Shown: one piece after another, positions 57,539-64,000 of the stretch
Numbering within the stretch: position 1 is the stretch's first letter
Layout: every line of letters begins with the position of its first letter
NCBI GenBank assembly: GCA_017853575.1
Contig: JAFMJI010000011.1
Location: forward strand, 220-64,219
Length of the DNA: 64,000 nt
Reading direction: 5' to 3'
DNA from: Chitinophagaceae bacterium
GTDB lineage: Bacteria; Bacteroidota; Bacteroidia; Chitinophagales; Chitinophagaceae
Translations under genes and position numbers: made by a program
The notes under the pieces: model-generated
Databases searched by the model: none
What the model saw: the letters and a program-made list of their open reading frames with translations, nothing else
Told to the model about the DNA's origin: nothing

Positions 57539-57750
57539 ATCAACTTTTATCAAGTCAAATTGATTATTTAAATGCACTACGTCATGCACAAGAAATGCCA
57601 CCAGCTTCACCACCAGACTCTGGTAATGGGATTAAATTTAAGATTAACGGAAAATTCTTAGTCAGAGTACTAACTGTAGTGGGCATTATTTATTTCGGTT
57701 TTCAAATTTATAAGTTTCATATAAGGGAATCCATAGAAGAAGAGGGGTAA
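57526..57750 (+). CDS. Small single-TM hypothetical protein
   Basis: Hydrophobic FLVRVLTVVGIIYFGFQIY segment; overlaps the previous stop. Confidence 0.6.
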   Translation: MEILNQLLSSQIDYLNALRHAQEMPPASPPDSGNGIKFKINGKFLVRVLTVVGIIYFGFQIYKFHIRESIEEEG

Positions 57751-57756
57751 GCAAAA

Positions 57757-58065
57757 ATGAAAGGAGGACAAATTATATTGAATACTTTCAGTCCTGAGGA
57801 GATTGTTGAGATGATTAAACCATTAATCTTTGATGCAGTCAGGGAAGCTTTACAGGAGAAGGAAGAGAAACTCTTATCTCCTGCGGAGGTATGCAAGTTA
57901 TTTGTTCCTACTATTTCTAAGACTACTCTAGCTGCATGGACAAAGAAAGGCTTTCTGACAGAGTATAGAATTGGAGGGAGGGTATATTATAAATTTTCAG
58001 AGCTTTTAAAAAAGAGAGATAAATTATCTCGTTATAAAATTAACTCGACTTTAAACATCTTATAA
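57757..58065 (+). CDS. MerR-like HTH (HTH_17, excisionase-like) DNA-binding protein
   Basis: LLSPAEVCKLF...ISKTTLAAWTKKG...YRIGGRVYYK. Confidence 0.85.
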   Translation: MKGGQIILNTFSPEEIVEMIKPLIFDAVREALQEKEEKLLSPAEVCKLFVPTISKTTLAAWTKKGFLTEYRIGGRVYYKFSELLKKRDKLSRYKINSTLNIL

Positions 58066-58091
58066 TATTGGTATATAATAATATTTTATAT

Positions 58092-58316
58092 ATGAAGTTG
58101 CTAAGACTATATTCAAATACTCTTAAGGTATCCAATATAGAGTTTTGTATTTCTTAATTATTTAATAGAATTGCTTTAAATCAGATTAATATGCCCTTAG
58201 ATTCAAGCAGTTTAGGAAAATCAACAATCATCTTATTAAACATCTTTATGCATGCTCAGTTCGTAAATCCCGTAGATGAAATATTAATAATAGATTATGT
58301 TTCTATCAAATTCTAG
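58092..58316 (+). pseudogene. Possible remnant of the N-terminus of a DUF2326/SMC-like ATPase
   Basis: One frame MKLLRLYSN...*...DSSSLGKSTII with an internal TAA at 58155. Confidence 0.3.
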
Positions 58317-58487
58317 ATTTGGAATTCAAGATGCAAATTGAGGGTAAAGTAAATCCAATAGTTTTGTTTCATGTGATGATTTTATTCATTTAGTTTCATT
58401 TAATCCGATTAAATTCGGAATTCTATGACAATTATTTTTTGGGTTGGATCTTAATAAACGTAATAAAAAGGTTTATTTAGTTTATTT

Positions 58488-58527
58488 TCTACTAAACTTC
58501 CTCCCAACAGTTGGGAAGTTTAGTAGA
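58488..58527. repeat. 14-bp perfect inverted repeat
   Basis: TCTACTAAACTTCC-N12-GGAAGTTTAGTAGA. Confidence 0.85.
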
Positions 58528-58576
58528 CGATAAATTTAGAGTGTGTATCTTTAGTTATTAACAACCAGCTTATACT

Positions 58577-60313
58577 ATGATTCGTAGTATTCTCTTTGCA
58601 TTTATATTTTTTTTATTCGTTGAGACTTATGCGCAACAAAAAACATACTGTAATCCAATAAATATAGATTACGGGTACACGCCGATACCTAATTTCTCTA
58701 CCTGGGGTAGACATCGTGCGACCGCTGACCCAGTTATAGTAAATTACAAGGGGCAGTATTATCTTTTTAGTACCAATCAATGGGGATATTGGTGGAGCAA
58801 AGACATGAGCAATTGGAATTTTATCTCCAAAAAATTTTTACGTCCCTGGCACAATGTGTACGACGAACTATGTGCACCTGCAGTAGGGATCATCGGAGAT
58901 ACCATGGTCGTAATGGGATCAACCTATTCAACCAATTTTACCATTTGGATGAGCACCAATCCCAAAGCAAACGATTGGAAACCACTAGTAGATTCATTCA
59001 GTATTGGTGGATGGGATCCTGCATTTTTTACAGACGACGATGGAAAATTCTATATGTACAATGGAAGCAGCAACAGATGGCCTTTGTATGGAATTGAACT
59101 GAATAGAAAAACATTTCAACCCATTGGAACCCGAAAGGAATTATTTTTCTTAGACAGCTGGCGATATGGGTGGCACCGGTTTGGTGAAAACATGGACGAT
59201 ACTTTTTTAGATGGATTTATTGAAGGTGCATGGATGACCAAGCACAACGGGAAATATTATTTTCAATATGCTGCACCAGGAACCGAGTTCAGTGGTTACG
59301 CAGATGGTGTGGCAGTGGGAAATGGTCCACTCGATTTTTTTCAGAACCAATCTGATCCACTGAGTATGAAGGCAGGTGGTTTTGCGAGAGGTGCTGGGCA
59401 TGGTGCAACTTTCCAAGACAATCAACAAAAATATTGGCATGTGTCTACGCAGGTGATTGCTGTGAAAAATAATTTTGAAAGAAGATTGGGAATTTGGCCA
59501 GCAGGATTTGACAGAGATGGTGTGATGTACACCAATACTGCATTTGGCGACTATCCGCATTATCTCCCCGGCGATACGATCGATCACTTAAAAAGCAGGT
59601 TTACAGGATGGATGTTGTTGAACTACAAGAAACCTGTTACTGTTTCTTCCACCTATGGAAACTATGCAGCGAACAATGCTGTAGACGAGAGCATCAAAAC
59701 ATATTGGTCTGCTGCAACTTCATCCAAAGGAGAATGGATTCAAACAGACCTAGGAAATATTTCTACTGTAAACGCAGTTCAGATTAACTATGCAGATCAA
59801 GATGCTGTATTTCTTGGCAAGACCACCGATCAATTTCATCAATATAAATTGTATTCCTCCACGGATGGAGTAAAGTGGAATGTATTGGTTGATAAATCAT
59901 CCAATAAAACCGATGTGCCACATGATTATATTGAATTGTCCAAACCGGTGCAGGCGCGTTTTATCAAAATGGAAAATATTCATATTCCCTCCGGCAAGTT
60001 TGCGATCAGCGGCCTCCGGGTATTTGGCAATGGAAATGCAATAAAACCCGATCCTGTCAAAGATTTCGTGGTGTTGAGGACAGAAAAAGACAAACGCAGT
60101 GCATGGTTGAAATGGAGTCCGGTTGACAATGCCTATGCCTACAATATTTATTTGGGAACGGCACCCGACAAATTATATACATGTATCATGGTGCACGATG
60201 CCAATGATTATTATTACAAAGGCATGGATTTGAAAAAAACCTATTATTATAGAATTGAAGCCATCAATGAAAATGGAATTTCTTCATCTTCGAATACTAT
60301 AAAAGTTGATTAA
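58577..60313 (+). CDS. Secreted GH43-family glycoside hydrolase with F5/8 (CBM32-like) and Fn3 domains
   Basis: ADPVIV, WDPAFF, FIEGAWM; NAVDESIKTYWS discoidin; C-terminal Fn3. Confidence 0.85.
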   Translation: MIRSILFAFIFFLFVETYAQQKTYCNPINIDYGYTPIPNFSTWGRHRATADPVIVNYKGQYYLFSTNQWGYWWSKDMSNWNFISKKFLRPWHNVYDELCAPAVGIIGDTMVVMGSTYSTNFTIWMSTNPKANDWKPLVDSFSIGGWDPAFFTDDDGKFYMYNGSSNRWPLYGIELNRKTFQPIGTRKELFFLDSWRYGWHRFGENMDDTFLDGFIEGAWMTKHNGKYYFQYAAPGTEFSGYADGVAVGNGPLDFFQNQSDPLSMKAGGFARGAGHGATFQDNQQKYWHVSTQVIAVKNNFERRLGIWPAGFDRDGVMYTNTAFGDYPHYLPGDTIDHLKSRFTGWMLLNYKKPVTVSSTYGNYAANNAVDESIKTYWSAATSSKGEWIQTDLGNISTVNAVQINYADQDAVFLGKTTDQFHQYKLYSSTDGVKWNVLVDKSSNKTDVPHDYIELSKPVQARFIKMENIHIPSGKFAISGLRVFGNGNAIKPDPVKDFVVLRTEKDKRSAWLKWSPVDNAYAYNIYLGTAPDKLYTCIMVHDANDYYYKGMDLKKTYYYRIEAINENGISSSSNTIKVD

Positions 60314-60314
60314 T

Positions 60315-62582
60315 ATGAAAAAAACGATTGCTAGTTTCTTCATCTCTTGTTGCGTTTTAATTCAGTTGCATGCACAAGATCAGAAAATGAACTCCTTCAT
60401 CAACGCGCTCATGTCTAAAATGACGATTGATGAAAAAATTGGTCAGTTGAATTTAATTACACCTGGATCAGATATTCCGACAGGTTCTGTTGTGAGTTCC
60501 AACGTGGAGAAAAAAATTGCTGAAGGAAATGTCGGTGGCTTGTTTGGAGTGATTGGAACTGAGAAAGTAAAGCAGGCACAGGATATTGCCATCCAAAAAT
60601 CAAGATTAAAAATTCCGCTTCTTTTTGGATCGGATGTAATACATGGACATAAAACAACTTTTCCCATTCCCCTGGGTATTAGTTGTTCTTGGGATACAGC
60701 ATTGATCCGATTTGGAGCCAGTGTTGCTGCCAATGAAGCAACTGCAGATGGATTGAACTGGGCATTTTCTCCAATGGTGGATATTGCACGCGATCCACGC
60801 TGGGGAAGAGTTTCAGAAGGTTCAGGCGAGGACCCTTTTTTAGGATCAGCCATTGCAACTGCAATGGTAAAGGGCTATCAGGGAAATTCCTTGGCAGATA
60901 AGAATACCTTGCTTGCATGCGTCAAACATTTTGCATTGTATGGTGCAGCTGAAGGAGGAAGAGACTACAATTCAGTTGACATGACCAAGATGAAAATGTA
61001 CAATGAATATCTGCCTCCTTACAAAGCAGCTGTTGATGCAGGTGTAGCAACCATCATGAGTTCATTCAATGATATTGATGGTGTACCAGCTTCAGGCAAC
61101 AAATGGTTGTTGACGGATTTATTAAGATCGCAGTGGGGATTCAAAGGGATGGTAGTAAGTGATTATACATCTGTAGGCGAAATGGTCAATCATAGACAAG
61201 GAGATATCAGCCAAGTGAGTGCACAGGCCATCAAAGCTGGGCTGGACATGGATATGGTGACGGAAGGTTTTCTTGGAACATTGAAGAAATCTTTGCAAGA
61301 AAAAAAGGTTTCCATCTCTGACATCGATCGTGCATGCAGATTGGTGCTCGAGGCGAAATATAAATTGGGATTGTTTGAAGATCCTTATCGATACATCGAC
61401 CCTTCGCGCGCTGCGAAAGAAGTTTTGAGTGAAAGCAATCGTGCAGTTGCAAGAAAAATTGCAAGAGAGTCTTTTGTCTTGTTGAAGAGCGACTATAAAA
61501 CCTTGCCCCTGAAAAAAACGACCAGCGTTGCATTGGTTGGACCACTTGCAAATGATAAAAACAATATGCTTGGCACATGGGCTGTGAGCGGGGATCCACA
61601 AAAATCCATTCCTGTGTTAGATGGTATGAAAAATGTGGCAGGTGCCGGACTTAAAATACAATACGCTAAAGGTGCCAATATCACAGATGATCCAAATTTA
61701 GCAAGACAAGCCAATGTGTTCGGTTTGAGAGTGGATATAGATAAAAGAAGTCCGGATGAAATGTTGCAGGAAGCATTGAGCATTGCAAAGAATGCAGATG
61801 TGGTTATAGCTGTTGTCGGCGAAGCTTCAGAAATGAGTGGAGAAGCAGCCAGCAGAAGTGATATCACATTGCCAGCAAGTGAACAGAAATTATTGAAGGC
61901 ACTGTATACAACGGGCAAGCCAGTTGTAGTGGTGATCATGAGTGGAAGACCATTGGTCTTGACAGGTTCGATCGAAGGAGCTACTGCAGTTTTACAAACT
62001 TGGCATGCAGGAATTGAAGCAGGTAATGCGATCGCTGATGTTTTATTTGGCGATGTGAATCCATCTGGTAAATTGACCATGTCATTCCCATACAGTGTCG
62101 GCCAAATTCCAGTTTATTATTCTCAGAAAAGAACAGGAAGACCTATTGATCCCAATAACAAATTCAGCACAAAATATTTAGATGCTCCAAACGAGGCTTT
62201 GTTTCCGTTTGGATACGGACTTAGCTATACAAAGTTTGTTTACAGTGATTTGAAATTGAGCAGCAATACATTGATAAAGGGGCAAATTATTGAAGCAGAA
62301 GTTACCTTAACCAACAACGGTCCTTTTGATGGAGCTGAAGTTGTTCAGTTGTATACCTTGGATCAGGTGAGAAGTGTGACTCCGCCAGAGAAAGAGTTGA
62401 AAGGATTTCAAAAAGTAATCTTGAAATCTGGTGAATCGAAGAAGATCAAATTTACTCTATCAGAGCCTATGCTTCGTTTCTACAATGCCGATTTAAAATA
62501 TATTTCAGAGCCAGGAGCCTTTACTGTAATGGTTGGAGGAAATAGCAAAGAGTTGTTATTAAAGGATATTATCTTAAAATAA
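60315..62582 (+). CDS. bglX: GH3 beta-glucosidase
   Basis: SDVIHG, RDPRWGR, KHF, VSDY nucleophile, GEAASRS, Fn3-like C-terminus. Confidence 0.9.
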   Translation: MKKTIASFFISCCVLIQLHAQDQKMNSFINALMSKMTIDEKIGQLNLITPGSDIPTGSVVSSNVEKKIAEGNVGGLFGVIGTEKVKQAQDIAIQKSRLKIPLLFGSDVIHGHKTTFPIPLGISCSWDTALIRFGASVAANEATADGLNWAFSPMVDIARDPRWGRVSEGSGEDPFLGSAIATAMVKGYQGNSLADKNTLLACVKHFALYGAAEGGRDYNSVDMTKMKMYNEYLPPYKAAVDAGVATIMSSFNDIDGVPASGNKWLLTDLLRSQWGFKGMVVSDYTSVGEMVNHRQGDISQVSAQAIKAGLDMDMVTEGFLGTLKKSLQEKKVSISDIDRACRLVLEAKYKLGLFEDPYRYIDPSRAAKEVLSESNRAVARKIARESFVLLKSDYKTLPLKKTTSVALVGPLANDKNNMLGTWAVSGDPQKSIPVLDGMKNVAGAGLKIQYAKGANITDDPNLARQANVFGLRVDIDKRSPDEMLQEALSIAKNADVVIAVVGEASEMSGEAASRSDITLPASEQKLLKALYTTGKPVVVVIMSGRPLVLTGSIEGATAVLQTWHAGIEAGNAIADVLFGDVNPSGKLTMSFPYSVGQIPVYYSQKRTGRPIDPNNKFSTKYLDAPNEALFPFGYGLSYTKFVYSDLKLSSNTLIKGQIIEAEVTLTNNGPFDGAEVVQLYTLDQVRSVTPPEKELKGFQKVILKSGESKKIKFTLSEPMLRFYNADLKYISEPGAFTVMVGGNSKELLLKDIILK

Positions 62583-62643
62583 CATGCGATTGCTTTTATA
62601 ATATTGCTAGTTCTACGGAAAAAAACATCGAAAGCTATCCTAT

Positions 62644-62738
62644 ATAATTCTCTTATTTACATTTGAATCATTATTCGATGTTTATATTAAATAAAATATT
62701 TGAATAATTAATTTTTCAAATGTAAATAAGAGAATTAT
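62644..62738. repeat. 24-bp perfect inverted repeat with 47-bp spacer
   Basis: ATAATTCTCTTATTTACATTTGAA (62644-62667) / TTCAAATGTAAATAAGAGAATTAT (62715-62738). Confidence 0.9.
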
Positions 62739-62858
62739 TTATTAATCATAACTATTACCCCATTTAATATCAAAATCTCATTTCTTTTTTGCCAATAAAT
62801 CTTTTAAATAAATATTTTAAAAAAGGAAATCAACTATAACAAAACCAATTGTAATTTT

Positions 62859-64000
62859 TTAAGCATTGCTTGTAGGCCAAGTGATTTCGAGTCCTTGTGC
62901 TTGAATAAACTTTTGAAAAGATCGCAGGGTCTCTTTATTGACAGCAACTTTTCTTGGTGTCGTTTTAAGGCTTAGACAATAACTCAACAAGGATCCAACA
63001 GCTTCACCAATGCTCCATTCTACAGGATGCAATCTGAAACACCCATTCGTGATATGTGTGGTGCCAATATTTTTGCAAGCTGGCAAAAGATTTTCTTTTT
63101 CAATGGGGATCAATGCTCCAAGAGGAATCTGAAAGGGGATCGAATCAAAATCAATATAATTGTCGCCTGAACTGCTTGGATGCAAATCAATGTGGTAGTA
63201 ACCCACACCAACACTGTCTTCAAACGGAAACTGCTTCATTCCATTTCTACCGTATGTTTTATCAAATTGTTCTTTTCCAACGTGTTCTTCTTTTACGGTG
63301 AAGATTGTTTTCATTCTTCTCGATTCTCGGATGTATGGAAATTTTGCCAAGCCATCTGAAGTGCCCATGATATCTTTTCTCAAACGCAATCCAGGCCAGC
63401 CCATTCCTCCATCTGGTCTTTTGGCCTCTGTTTGTAACCAGTAGAGTAAACTCAAGCTGAGTTGTTTTGCGCGACCAACATGTTGATGGAATTCGCTTTC
63501 GCTCACATCCACAAGATTTCCCAGCATATAATCATTCATTGGCCAATTGATAAGGGTGATGTCACTTTTATATACACCCGACAGAAAATTTTTATGATGG
63601 ATAATTCTTCTGTAATTCCACAAGTTCAATACATCCTTCACCGAACTTCCATCCGGGTTGAAGTCCAGCGTTCTTGGTTGAAGCGTAGCTGGATTCGAAT
63701 AGGTGAGGCTTAGTAATTTTCCGGGCCAAGATGGTTGAAGGGTTGGAACATGGTTTTTCCAAAAATCATATTCGGATGGTTTTTCAATCACATTGTTCTT
63801 GCCTTCCTCATGATCAATGGCAAAGCAACAGGTAAAGGATTGTTGGTTGGAAGGATTGGAAATTTCAGCGGCATGCAGTTCTCCTGTTTCTTTTTTCGAC
63901 ACTGCGCCTACAACATAGCTCGTTTTAGTTAACGGAAGCAAATCGCCCAGTTCTGTTGCATCCACAAAAAAATCAGCTGTTGCTTTGAAGAAACTATTTG
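62859..64000 (-). CDS. FAD-dependent oxidoreductase, C-terminal part (gene starts beyond the window)
   Basis: Frame stays open to the window edge (FFVDATELGDLL); PYIRESRR, IPLGALIP, KNIGTTHITNGCFRLHPVEWSIGEA. Confidence 0.85.
   Translation of the reverse strand, partial: NSFFKATADFFVDATELGDLLPLTKTSYVVGAVSKKETGELHAAEISNPSNQQSFTCCFAIDHEEGKNNVIEKPSEYDFWKNHVPTLQPSWPGKLLSLTYSNPATLQPRTLDFNPDGSSVKDVLNLWNYRRIIHHKNFLSGVYKSDITLINWPMNDYMLGNLVDVSESEFHQHVGRAKQLSLSLLYWLQTEAKRPDGGMGWPGLRLRKDIMGTSDGLAKFPYIRESRRMKTIFTVKEEHVGKEQFDKTYGRNGMKQFPFEDSVGVGYYHIDLHPSSSGDNYIDFDSIPFQIPLGALIPIEKENLLPACKNIGTTHITNGCFRLHPVEWSIGEAVGSLLSYCLSLKTTPRKVAVNKETLRSFQKFIQAQGLEITWPTSNA

Larger units (their letters stand above)
54410..58316 (+). 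mobile_element. Truncated integrative element (integrase, cargo, Zn-finger, membrane peptide, HTH/excisionase-like, remnant)
   Basis: Integrase-to-HTH layout typical of Bacteroidota integrative elements; visibly AT-rich; no relaxase or primase seen; right boundary uncertain. Confidence 0.65.

Noticed and set aside
1-64000. CRISPR array, rRNA or intact tRNA
   Set aside because: No regularly spaced repeat-spacer units and no complete cloverleaf or rRNA-like sequence seen; the heptamer arrays have no spacers

Overview
This is an AT-rich Bacteroidota chromosomal window, most consistent with Chitinophagaceae (TAnnTTTG -7 promoter boxes, ACIII/aa3 operon, GLPGLI gene). It is mostly core genes: the uvrD/pcrA 3' end, M24 peptidase, padR-pspC, gcvT-comB, an IlvD/Edd sugar-acid dehydratase, a SWIM-SNF2 helicase, a split pxpABC/ycsG 5-oxoprolinase cluster, mqnC, several peptidases, a membrane-domain-PurN fusion, a complete alternative complex III (actABCDEF) plus aa3 oxidase operon, and trmB. 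The accessory part (about 46-64 kb) holds a NodE/NodF-like KAS-ACP pair and a divergent three-gene cassette of small Cys-rich secreted peptide, GLPGLI protein and outer-membrane beta-barrel, which is the best candidate for an undescribed system. It also holds a GHL10 lipoprotein with a repeat-derived linker, TA genes, a truncated tyrosine-integrase element with a tRNA-3'-like att candidate and a decayed ATPase remnant, and GH43/GH3 genes. A family of 7-bp tandem/palindromic repeats recurs at gene 3' ends, supplies stop codons and has been built into coding sequence. No CRISPR array, rRNA or intact tRNA was seen. All calls come from motif recognition by eye; no database searches were run.
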